A DNA stretch of 47,642 bases from Candidatus Iainarchaeum sp. (GTDB lineage Archaea > Iainarchaeota > Iainarchaeia > Iainarchaeales > JAFCCW01): NCBI GenBank assembly GCA_017609985.1, contig JAFCCW010000012.1, positions 1 through 47,642 on the forward strand. Direction: 5' to 3'. The first letter of the stretch is position 1. Each line of letters begins with the position of its first letter. Below are positions 30,260 to 38,761 of this stretch, piece after piece. The notes beneath the pieces were generated by a model. It was given only the letters and a program-made list of their open reading frames with translations, was not told the origin of the DNA and did not search any database. The translations under genes and the position numbers were made by a program.

Positions 30260-31317
30260 AGCAGGAAACAATTTTTTCCCAAAAAAATCTGTACGCTGTT
30301 CTTCTTAAAGCCCCAGATCCTGCATTCTATTATTTTTCAGGAATAGAATTTGGACAGAGTGAAGGAAGCATTCTTATTCTTAAAAAAAAAGAGAAACCAG
30401 CAATTCTTTCAAGCAGTCTTGAAAAAGGAAATATTTCTTCAAATAAAAAAGTCAGAGGAATTCAGTATGATTCAAAAGAAGACATTAAGAAAAAACTGTC
30501 AAGAGAACTGCAGGGAAAAAGAATTGGACTTAATTCAAACTGGATTAGCAAGAGAACAATTGACTCGCTAAAGAAGATTGTGAAAGAAAAGAAATGGATT
30601 GGAGCAGAAGAAGAAATCGGAACCGTGAGATCAATCAAGTCAGACAAGGAAATAAGATTAATCTCAAAAGCAGTTGGAGAAACAGAAAAAATTCTTGACA
30701 AAATTCCAAAGATTCTAAAAAAGGGAATGACTGAAAAAGAGCTTGCGACAGAATTGCACTGCAGGGCACTAAAAGCAGGAGCACAGGGCCTTTCGTTTCC
30801 AACGATTGTTGCTTCCGGAAAAAGAGGAAAAACTCCACACCACATAACATCAGATAAAAAAATAGAGAAAGGATTTTTGCTTGTGGACTTTGGAATTAGA
30901 ATGAACAATTATTGTTCCGATCTTAGCAGAACATTTTATGTGGGAAAAGCTTCAAAAAAAGACAAAATGCTTTACCAAGGAGTTTTTGAAACAAAAACTG
31001 AAGCAGAAAAACTCATGATCGGCGGAACGCGATGCGGAGAAATATTTGAAAAAGCAGACACCAGCTTAAAGCAAAAAACAGGACATTGCCTTGTGCACGG
31101 ACTGGGACACGGGCTTGGAATTGAAGTCCATGATTTTCCAAACGGATTTTTGAAAGACTGCAAAGAAATAATAATGAACAATATGGTGTTTACCATGGAA
31201 CCAGCAGCCTATGGAAGATTTGGAGGAATAAGAATTGAAGATGACCTTGCAATAAAGAACAAGAAAGCAAAGGCTTTAAGTCAGGCTCCAAGAGAACTTG
31301 TTGAAATTAGCAGATAG
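30256..31317 (+). CDS. pepQ: Xaa-Pro peptidase (M24B, prolidase)
   Basis: RSIKS, FPTIVASG, PHH, DFG...YCSDLSRT, HGLGHGLGIEVHD, EP, GIRIEDD motifs. TTG start overlaps the upstream stop. Confidence 0.9.
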   Translation: MKQETIFSQKNLYAVLLKAPDPAFYYFSGIEFGQSEGSILILKKKEKPAILSSSLEKGNISSNKKVRGIQYDSKEDIKKKLSRELQGKRIGLNSNWISKRTIDSLKKIVKEKKWIGAEEEIGTVRSIKSDKEIRLISKAVGETEKILDKIPKILKKGMTEKELATELHCRALKAGAQGLSFPTIVASGKRGKTPHHITSDKKIEKGFLLVDFGIRMNNYCSDLSRTFYVGKASKKDKMLYQGVFETKTEAEKLMIGGTRCGEIFEKADTSLKQKTGHCLVHGLGHGLGIEVHDFPNGFLKDCKEIIMNNMVFTMEPAAYGRFGGIRIEDDLAIKNKKAKALSQAPRELVEISR

Positions 31318-31340
31318 CACTGTTAGAATTAAAAAATATT

Positions 31341-31379
31341 AATCTCAAAACTAAATCTCAAAACTAAATCTCAAAACTA
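31341..31379. repeat. Tandem repeat, 13-bp unit AATCTCAAAACTA x3
   Basis: Copies start at 31341, 31354 and 31367, between convergent genes. Confidence 0.85.
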
Positions 31380-31401
31380 ATAGCCAACAAATCTCTGCGA
31401 A

Positions 31402-31923
31402 TTATTCAACCTTGTAGATACAAACTTTTTCTAAAGAATTTGATATCCTAAAATCTCCAAAACCAAATCCATTTGTTCCCACTGGATAAAATCCTGTCTT
31501 GCCAATGCACTCAGTCGCGGAAGAAAAGCTCGCGTTTCCAAGCGAATAAAAACGCTTGATTGAAAACGAGTCAGTAGAAAATGTTATTGAAAAGCAGTTG
31601 GGTGAGGGCGCATTCTTAATGCAGGATAACTCTGACTCCTGAGAAATTTTTATTTCTGGATTTTTCATTGCTTCTTCACTGCAAGGATAAGTAACTGAAG
31701 AAACAGAATAATGAGTTGAAAGCTCGAGTCCAGGAGAGAAAGCAACCTGCTGAATTGTTTCCCCAATTGAATCTATTGCAGATGAATGTCTCGCAGCACA
31801 GCTTTCAAGCTCAAGATTTGAAAGAGCAGCAGAGTCAGCTGCCTGATTCATTGAAATGAATGCATTCCAAACAAGCACTATTGCAACAAGACCTGCAACA
31901 ACCATTAAAGAATTCTCGTTCAT
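31402..31923 (-). CDS. Hypothetical membrane-anchored/secreted Cys-containing protein
   Basis: N-terminal hydrophobic helix followed by a Ser-rich domain with 6 Cys. Confidence 0.7.
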   Translation of the reverse strand: MNENSLMVVAGLVAIVLVWNAFISMNQAADSAALSNLELESCAARHSSAIDSIGETIQQVAFSPGLELSTHYSVSSVTYPCSEEAMKNPEIKISQESELSCIKNAPSPNCFSITFSTDSFSIKRFYSLGNASFSSATECIGKTGFYPVGTNGFGFGDFRISNSLEKVCIYKVE

Positions 31924-31974
31924 GGAAGTATTCTGGAATTGAAGTATTTAAAGCTTTCGCGAGATTAATAATTT

Positions 31975-33528
31975 ATGAAATATTCATTGACTTTTGACTC
32001 AGAAAAAATTCCAAGAGAACGCTTTGACACAATAATTTTCGGAAGCGGGCTAGCGGGAGTGACTGCTGCATTCTATGCTGCAAAATCCAATAAAAACAAA
32101 TCAGTTGCAGTTATTTCCCCAAATTCAAGTGAGTCAAACTCGGGTCTGGCACAAGGAGGCATCGCATGTAGTTTTTCTGAAACAGATTCTCCAATAAAGC
32201 ATTATAAGGATACGCTCAAATCAGGAAACGGAATTGTCGGAAAAAAAACTGCAAAGATTTTCTCCCAGGAAATCAGAAAGAGAATTGATGAACTAATAGA
32301 ACTTGGATTAAACTTTGACTTAAATGAAGAAGGAAAGATTGATTTAGGGCTTGAAGGAGGACATTCAGAAAACAGAATTCTGCATATTAACGGAGACGAC
32401 ACAGGAAAAGGAGTAACTGAATTCATGACAATGCTCGCCAACGATGAAGGCGTTAACTTTTTGAATGGTTTTCTTGCAGAAATACTGCTTGAAGGAGAAC
32501 GCGTAGGCGGACTTGTGTTATCCGAACAAGAGGAAAAAATTTATTCAGGAAATGCAATTGTACTGGCAACAGGAGGTTTTTCTTCGCTTTTTTCAAAGAC
32601 AACAAATCCGCCTGGAACAAAAGGCGGGGGGCTTGCAGCTGCTCTTAGAGCAGGTCTTGAAATAGCAGACGTTGAGTTTGAACAGTTTCATCCAACTTCA
32701 CTCCCCTCAAGAATTGGAAGAAACTTTCTTATCAGCGAGAGTGTAAGAGGAGAAGGAGCAATTCTCTTGAATGACAAGATGCAGAGATTTATGAAAAAAA
32801 TAAAAGGAAAAGAACTTGCTACACGAGACATAGTTAGCAGAAAAATATTTGAAGAAATGAATGCAGGAAACAAGGTTTTTCTGGACTGCAGAAATCTTGA
32901 TTCTGAAAAATTTAGAAAACGTTTTCCAACAATATCAAAAGAATTTGAGACACAAAACATCAACATTGAACAAGACCTTGTTCCTGTTGAACCAGCAGCA
33001 CACTATTCAGTTGGGGGAATCACAGCAAATCATTTCGGAAAAACAAATATTTCAGGAATTTATGCTATTGGAGAAGTAAGCTGCACCGGACTTCACGGAG
33101 GAAACAGACTTGCTTCCAACTCTCTGGCAGAAGCAATTTCTTTCGGAGCCTTGTGCGGCGAAAAGATTGCTAAAGAAAAACACAGAGGCGGAAGATTTTC
33201 AGCAAAATCAGCAAAAAACAAAAAAAACAAACCAGAGAGTGGAACAATTCCAAAAATTAAAAACATTCTCTGGGAGAAATGCGGAATTATCAGAACTGAA
33301 ACAGGATTAAATTCAGCTCTCGGATGGATAAAAGAAAACGAGTCTATTTTCAAAAAAGCCCACAGCATTGAAGAACTTGAGATGATTAACTCACTTACTC
33401 TGGCAGAGCTTATTGTGAAGCAATGCATTAGAAGAGAAGAATCAAGGGGAAGTCATTACAGAGAAGACTTTCCAAAAAAAGATAAAAAATTCAGAAGACA
33501 TTATTATTTTAAGCAGGCAATGGAATAA
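31975..33528 (+). CDS. nadB: L-aspartate oxidase
   Basis: GSGLAG, AQGGIA, EGGHSENRILH, QFHPT, LISESVRGEG, PAAHYSVGG, LHGGNRLASNSL, ESRGSHYREDFP motifs. Confidence 0.93.
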   Translation: MKYSLTFDSEKIPRERFDTIIFGSGLAGVTAAFYAAKSNKNKSVAVISPNSSESNSGLAQGGIACSFSETDSPIKHYKDTLKSGNGIVGKKTAKIFSQEIRKRIDELIELGLNFDLNEEGKIDLGLEGGHSENRILHINGDDTGKGVTEFMTMLANDEGVNFLNGFLAEILLEGERVGGLVLSEQEEKIYSGNAIVLATGGFSSLFSKTTNPPGTKGGGLAAALRAGLEIADVEFEQFHPTSLPSRIGRNFLISESVRGEGAILLNDKMQRFMKKIKGKELATRDIVSRKIFEEMNAGNKVFLDCRNLDSEKFRKRFPTISKEFETQNINIEQDLVPVEPAAHYSVGGITANHFGKTNISGIYAIGEVSCTGLHGGNRLASNSLAEAISFGALCGEKIAKEKHRGGRFSAKSAKNKKNKPESGTIPKIKNILWEKCGIIRTETGLNSALGWIKENESIFKKAHSIEELEMINSLTLAELIVKQCIRREESRGSHYREDFPKKDKKFRRHYYFKQAME

Positions 33529-34526
33529 TGAGATTTTCTTTTGTCTCCAGAAAAAGACCTTTTCTTAACTAGTTTTTTTGCAATCAAAATATCCAATGCA
33601 TTGTAAACTGTTTTGCGGGACAGGACAGATTTTTCAGCAAGCTGTGTTGAAGTTAATGGAGTTTCAGAAAGAATGCTTAACAATAGTTTAGCAGAGGGAG
33701 TGAGAGAGGGAAGTTCCTTCAAAACTTCCTTTGCATTGTCCTTTTTCGTCAAAGAAAAAACAATAGTGAATGCAGAAAACAAGGATTTTTTTAGTTCAAC
33801 TTTTTCAGAAACCTTTCTCCTGAACTGCCCGTCCAAAACAACCTCGCAGGGAAATTTGCTTTTCATATTTGTTATTTTGATTGTTTTGGAATCAGGAACA
33901 ACAACCTTGTTATGACGCTGAAGAGAATGCAATGAAGAAATAAGCAAAACCTTTGCACCGGAAAGGATTCTTGGCCCTTCTGCAGAAAAACTATAACCAG
34001 TGCTTCCCGTAGGAGTGCTCACCAAAAGAGCATCGCTTGAATCAGAAAAAAGTTTTTCTTTGCCAACAGTGATTTCAAAATTCATTACAACAGCGCTTTT
34101 TTCAGGAGCAATAACTGCCTCATTCAAAGCAAGGGGGAGCTGTTCTCCATCAGCAATGCACTCTATTCTGGATCTTTCCTCAATATGAAAATCTCCTGAA
34201 ACAATGTTAGTGATTGCTCCACAAACATCTTTGTAAGAAACTGCAGTAAGAAAACCTCGTTCTCCGCAATTTATTCCAAGAACAGGTGTTTTGTCCTTGC
34301 CACGTTCCCGAAAAACATGAAGAATTGTTCCATCACCACCGAAAGCAAGAATGATGTCAGCAGACAATTTTGCAAGAGGAGAATTAGAAGAATGCCTAAA
34401 GAACTCAGAAGCAACCACAACCTTTGTTTTTGAACTGGAAAAAGCCCTTAAAGCAAGCTTTGCTGTCTCAAGAGCAAGAATATTATCAGACCGCCCAACA
34501 AAACCAACTTTTTTAACTACTTTCAT
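33504..34526 (-). CDS. nadK: NAD(+) kinase with C-terminal winged-helix domain
   Basis: GGDGT, GINCGERGFL, ALNE, STPTGSTGYSFSA motifs. C-terminal LTPSAKLLLSIL...LSRKTVYNALDILIAKKLV...DKRKSHY is a wHTH. Confidence 0.9.
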   Translation of the reverse strand: MKVVKKVGFVGRSDNILALETAKLALRAFSSSKTKVVVASEFFRHSSNSPLAKLSADIILAFGGDGTILHVFRERGKDKTPVLGINCGERGFLTAVSYKDVCGAITNIVSGDFHIEERSRIECIADGEQLPLALNEAVIAPEKSAVVMNFEITVGKEKLFSDSSDALLVSTPTGSTGYSFSAEGPRILSGAKVLLISSLHSLQRHNKVVVPDSKTIKITNMKSKFPCEVVLDGQFRRKVSEKVELKKSLFSAFTIVFSLTKKDNAKEVLKELPSLTPSAKLLLSILSETPLTSTQLAEKSVLSRKTVYNALDILIAKKLVKKRSFSGDKRKSHYSIACLK

Positions 34527-34617
34527 AAGAAAAATACTAATAAGAAAAATTAAAAAACAATGTTTTTTGAGAAAAAATTACCCATAACCTGTTTTGATTT
34601 TGAAAAAAGGTGTAAAA

Positions 34618-35526
34618 ATGAATGATTCTTTGAATGCTGAAATTTTAAAGCTTAAGCAAGAAAAAAATGCAGTTATTCTTGCACACAACTATCAATTGCC
34701 TGAAGTGCAGGAAATTGCTGATTTTCTCGGAGACAGTCTAGAGCTGGCAAAAAAAGCAAGCACTGTTGATGCAGAAATTATCGTGCTTTGCGGGGTTGAC
34801 TTTATGGCAGAAACAGCAGCTATTCTGAATCCAGACAAGAAAGTTCTTCTGCCAAGCCTTGATGCAAAATGTCCCATGGCAGCTCAGCTAAAAGCAGAGG
34901 AAATAGTAAAGGCAAAAGAAGAGCATTCAAAAGCAAAAGTAGTTCTTTATGTAAACACTTCTGCGGATTGCAAAGCCTTGGCTGATGCCTGCTGCACTTC
35001 TGCAAACGCTCCGAAAATTGTTGAAGCAATGGATTCAGAAGAAGTAATCTTTGGACCAGACAAAAACCTAGGCTGGTTTGTAAACCAGAGAAGCAGTAAA
35101 AAGATTATAGATATTCCTGCAAGCGGATACTGTTATGCTCACAGAAAAATAATGGGAGAAGAAATAATCGAACAAAAAAATAAGCATCCAGACGCACTTG
35201 TGCTGGCGCATCCAGAATGCAATCCAGAAGTGCAAGAGCTAGCAAACAGAATTGAAAGCACAAGCGGAATGTTGAGAGTGGCAAAAGAAGAATCTGCAAA
35301 CGAATTTATCATCGCAACAGAGAAAGAAATGCTTCACAGGCTGAAAAAGGAAAACCCTACTAAAAAATTCTATGCAGCCTCTGAAAATGCAGTTTGCGGA
35401 GCAATGAAAAAAATTAATTCAGAGAATGTTTTAGAGGCATTGAAAGAAGAAAAAAATGAAGTCAAGATTTCCAAAGAAACAACTGCTCTTGCAAAGAAAG
35501 CAATTGAGAGCATGCTTGAAATCTAA
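34618..35526 (+). CDS. nadA: Quinolinate synthase
   Basis: ILAHNYQ, GDSLEL, CGVDFMAE, CPMA, YVNTS, CTSANA, AHPEC motifs. Confidence 0.96.
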   Translation: MNDSLNAEILKLKQEKNAVILAHNYQLPEVQEIADFLGDSLELAKKASTVDAEIIVLCGVDFMAETAAILNPDKKVLLPSLDAKCPMAAQLKAEEIVKAKEEHSKAKVVLYVNTSADCKALADACCTSANAPKIVEAMDSEEVIFGPDKNLGWFVNQRSSKKIIDIPASGYCYAHRKIMGEEIIEQKNKHPDALVLAHPECNPEVQELANRIESTSGMLRVAKEESANEFIIATEKEMLHRLKKENPTKKFYAASENAVCGAMKKINSENVLEALKEEKNEVKISKETTALAKKAIESMLEI

Positions 35527-35577
35527 AAGTCTAGCAAAGAAAGCAATTGAGAGCATGCTTGAAATCTAAAAGTCTAG
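35492..35577. repeat. Perfect 43-bp tandem duplication of the nadA 3' end
   Basis: CAAAGAAAGCAATTGAGAGCATGCTTGAAATCTAAAAGTCTAG at 35492-35534 and 35535-35577. Confidence 0.92.
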
Positions 35578-35744
35578 TCTTGGAAAAAACTGTCAATCGT
35601 TGCCTGCTTTTTATGAACACCCTTAATTGCGGAACTTGAATTTCCTATTTCAAACTCAAAGCGTGCAAATTCAAGACCATAGTTTTCAAGGAGTTCCAAT
35701 GCATTCTTTCCAATCTCAGGAGCGAGAAGAACCCTTCTGGTTTG
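35574..35744 (-). pseudogene. nucS: nucS 3' remnant (C-terminal ~56 aa)
   Basis: QTRRVLLAPEIGKNALELLENYGLEFARFEFE...IKGVHKKQATIDSFF aligns with the C-terminus of intact NucS at 42316 (QTRGILLAPDIRKNAKEHLESLGLEFAKIDFE...IKGLQKKQETLDKFY). Confidence 0.85.
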
Positions 35745-35906
35745 GAGGAAAAGGTTACAAGAAACAACCACTTAAAGCAGCAGAATCATTTCAGGGAATG
35801 GTATTTTGTTGTGACTGACGCAGGAATGAAGAAAGATTATGAAAAGCACGGGAAGGCGCTGACGAGGGCAGAAGTGAAGGAGAAGATAAAAGAATGTTTT
35901 AACTAA
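35742..35906 (+). pseudogene. C-terminal fragment of an unknown island gene truncated at the left junction
   Basis: Open frame LEEKVTRNNHLKQQNHFREWYFVVTDAGMKKDYEKHGKALTRAEVKEKIKECFN* begins exactly where nucS similarity ends. Confidence 0.5.
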
Positions 35907-35972
35907 AAGACAATTAAAGAAAGTTAAACCAAAAAGTTTATTTTTTAAAGGGTTTCTGTCGCATAGTTAATT

Positions 35973-38321
35973 ATGGCAATTAACATTATGCTGCCTGAAA
36001 TGAATACTGACAGCGAATCAACAAAGAATCTCATCATAAACATTTTAAGCAAGGAATGGCCCTTGTCGGCAAAAAAGGTGCATTATAGGATAAAGAAGAT
36101 TTATGCGATTAACTGCACTTACCAAGCAATACACAAGCAGCTAAGGTTATTAACAAAGAGAAAAGTGCTGGAAAAAGACGGAAAAAATTATCGACTTAGT
36201 ATAGAGTGGTTGGACGCACTCAAAAATTTTAGCGATGAAATTAAGAAAGATTATAACAAGTGTGGTGTAGCCAAGAAAAAGCCAGAGGCTGAAGAAAAGG
36301 CTGATTTGAAATATTTTAAAAAGTACAGGCAAAGCATAGCATCCCTGCTTAGGACAAGGGTTAGAGGCTTTCCAAAGCTGGATTGTGTCAGAACAGAGCT
36401 TGGTGAATCAGGCCAGCGAATTGAGGTTGGCAAATCGGGTTCTGCAGTAAAACAAGTTCTCAAAACAGGCGGAACCTCGCTTTTGCTGGGGCCTTCGGGC
36501 GCGGGAAAAACAACCACTTTAACCCAGATAGGGCTCAAGGCATGCGACTCAAGCAAGATACCAGTATTATTCAATTTGGCGAATTTCAATGAATGTGACT
36601 TGGATGAAATAATCCAGCAAAAAATCTTTGAGGTGTCGGGAGAGCGAATAAGCACTGGTTTTATCGACGAGAACCTCAAAAAAGGGGCTTTTGTTTTTCT
36701 GTTTGACGGCTTGAATGAGATAACTGGCGAACTATATGCTGAAAAGCGTGCTCTTGACAAAGCGGAGTTTATAATAAACCAGATAAATCACTTCGGCTCC
36801 AACAAAAACTATTCAAAAAACCAGTTTGTAATCGCTTGCAGGACAAACGCGGACCCTAAATCAAGTTTATCTGCCACCACATTCATGCTTTGCCCATTCA
36901 CAGAAAACCAGATTAAAAAATACCTCCTTAAGAGAGGCTTAAAAAATTTGTTTGAGCAAATAGCCCAAGACAACAAAATATTCGAGCTCTGCAAAAACCC
37001 GTTAATACTGGATATGACAGTGAATATTTATAATTCCAGCAAAAACCTGTTCCATAACAAAACAAAAATGTACCAAGAGTATTTCACCAACACAATATAT
37101 GGCTGGGAATCAAAAAATATCAAAAAACTGGAACTAATCGCACTAGACTTGGAAGAAGCACTGTCAAAACTGGCTTTTCAGACAATAACCAAAGGAACCC
37201 ATATCTCGATAGAAGAATTCCTTAAGACAATGAGAAAAAACTGCAAACAAATGGGGTTGGATAAGGAAATCGAAAACAAAATCGTTGACGCCGCAATCAG
37301 AAGTAACATAATTCAGCTGGAAGGCACAAAATGCTACTTTCGGCACCACAGCTTCCAAGAATTTTTTGCAGCAAAAGAATTATTCAGCCTTTTCAATGAC
37401 GGCCAAAAGATTAACAAAAGAACAATAGGAGGCATCGCTGGAAAGAAACCGTTCCTAGAACCATTAAAGTTTCTTTCCGGACTGTTGGAGGATTCGACAG
37501 AGCTTGTAAACCTTCTCTCGGGGCACAACCGATTTGTTGCTGGAGAGTGCATTATAACCGCGAAATCAATAGATAAAAAAACCTTCGAAATGAACGTGAA
37601 GAAACTAATTAAAACCGTTGGCGAGAGAAATTTGACAAATGTTTGGTATGCTGTGGATATAATTAACCGCATTGGCTCAAAAGCAACTGCGTTAGTCATG
37701 CAAGAAATAGAAAAAGGAACCGATCCAGACCTGAAAAGAAGAATGTACTGGGTTGCGGGAGGGATATCTGACCCAGGGCTTAACGAATTTTTAGTTAATA
37801 GAGTGATGAAAGAAACGGACGAACATAATATTGTCCACTTTCTATTAGGGTTGCAGGAAAGCTCTTCAAAAGAGCGGGCGTTTATAGCTGAATCCTTTTT
37901 AGGGCACCAAAACCCTGTTGTTGGCGGCGATGCATTCATTGCCTTAAAAAACCATGAACAGGTTAACCAACGGTTATTAAAAAAACACGGTTTTGATTTA
38001 GATAAATTACAGCAGAAACTGGTTTCAAATTTAGATGCAACCGAGTTTTGGGAAAGAATGCATTCAATTTTGGTTTTAGGGAAACTAAAACACGGTGAAG
38101 TTGTCGAAAAGCTGGTTGGATTGCTTGATGACAAAGATACTTCAATTCAATGGTATGCTACATTGGCGTTGTGCCAAATAGGGGACAAAAATACTCTGGA
38201 CTTGCTGCAAAAGGCTTTGGAAACCCAAAGCAAGAACAAAGTTGTTTACCAAAAAGCACTGGAGGCGGTTCAAGGTGGGGTTACAGACAGAAAGGATCTG
38301 GCAAAAATATGGAGTTTCTAA
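35973..38321 (+). CDS. wHTH-NACHT-HEAT repeat protein (STAND NTPase, NLR-like)
   Basis: N-terminal wHTH (WPLSAKKVH...TYQAIHKQL), Walker A GPSGAGKTT, Walker B FLFDGLNE, CR, KNPLIL, FRHHSFQEFFAA, C-terminal HEAT-like repeats. Confidence 0.88.
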   Translation: MAINIMLPEMNTDSESTKNLIINILSKEWPLSAKKVHYRIKKIYAINCTYQAIHKQLRLLTKRKVLEKDGKNYRLSIEWLDALKNFSDEIKKDYNKCGVAKKKPEAEEKADLKYFKKYRQSIASLLRTRVRGFPKLDCVRTELGESGQRIEVGKSGSAVKQVLKTGGTSLLLGPSGAGKTTTLTQIGLKACDSSKIPVLFNLANFNECDLDEIIQQKIFEVSGERISTGFIDENLKKGAFVFLFDGLNEITGELYAEKRALDKAEFIINQINHFGSNKNYSKNQFVIACRTNADPKSSLSATTFMLCPFTENQIKKYLLKRGLKNLFEQIAQDNKIFELCKNPLILDMTVNIYNSSKNLFHNKTKMYQEYFTNTIYGWESKNIKKLELIALDLEEALSKLAFQTITKGTHISIEEFLKTMRKNCKQMGLDKEIENKIVDAAIRSNIIQLEGTKCYFRHHSFQEFFAAKELFSLFNDGQKINKRTIGGIAGKKPFLEPLKFLSGLLEDSTELVNLLSGHNRFVAGECIITAKSIDKKTFEMNVKKLIKTVGERNLTNVWYAVDIINRIGSKATALVMQEIEKGTDPDLKRRMYWVAGGISDPGLNEFLVNRVMKETDEHNIVHFLLGLQESSSKERAFIAESFLGHQNPVVGGDAFIALKNHEQVNQRLLKKHGFDLDKLQQKLVSNLDATEFWERMHSILVLGKLKHGEVVEKLVGLLDDKDTSIQWYATLALCQIGDKNTLDLLQKALETQSKNKVVYQKALEAVQGGVTDRKDLAKIWSF

Positions 38322-38701
38322 AACCAGGGATTTCACACAACAAGATTTATTCTGTTTTGAAGGACTTGATTCAGGAAAAGATTGTGCTAAGCACGAACAC
38401 CAACCCGATTAACTATCATGTGAAGTCTCCTTCCAGGACTTTTGAGCGGCTTGTGAACAGGAAGGTTGCAGAGCTTGAAAAGAGGCCCGGGGAATTCGAC
38501 AAAATACTCAACAGCGAACCCCCAGCCAGCGAAAAAGAGTATGTGATAAAGTTCACTGAAAAGCAAACCAAACTTTTTGACATCAAAAACAAAATCAGGG
38601 TCAGTGAATTGCGGGAAGTAAAACAGGTTATAAATCAGCTTAACATCTATGTTAAGGAGCTGGAGCCGAAGAAAGAGTATAATTTTGCTTTTTACAAATA
38701 G
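38309..38701 (+). CDS. TrmB-family HTH protein, probably N-terminally truncated
   Basis: GISHNKIYSVLKDLIQEKIV...NPINYHVKSP matches the TrmB recognition helix and wing. The preceding helices are absent. ATG at 38309 overlaps the NACHT stop. Confidence 0.6.
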   Translation: MEFLKPGISHNKIYSVLKDLIQEKIVLSTNTNPINYHVKSPSRTFERLVNRKVAELEKRPGEFDKILNSEPPASEKEYVIKFTEKQTKLFDIKNKIRVSELREVKQVINQLNIYVKELEPKKEYNFAFYK

Positions 38702-38761
38702 TTGAGCAATAAAAGCAGGGGCCATTTTATAATATTGGTTTCTATGTCTTTTTGGATTTTT

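Noticed and set aside
37334-38134. 266-aa minus-strand ORF
   Set aside because: Wholly antisense to the NACHT-HEAT gene, with Ser/Phe-rich shadow composition and no motifs.
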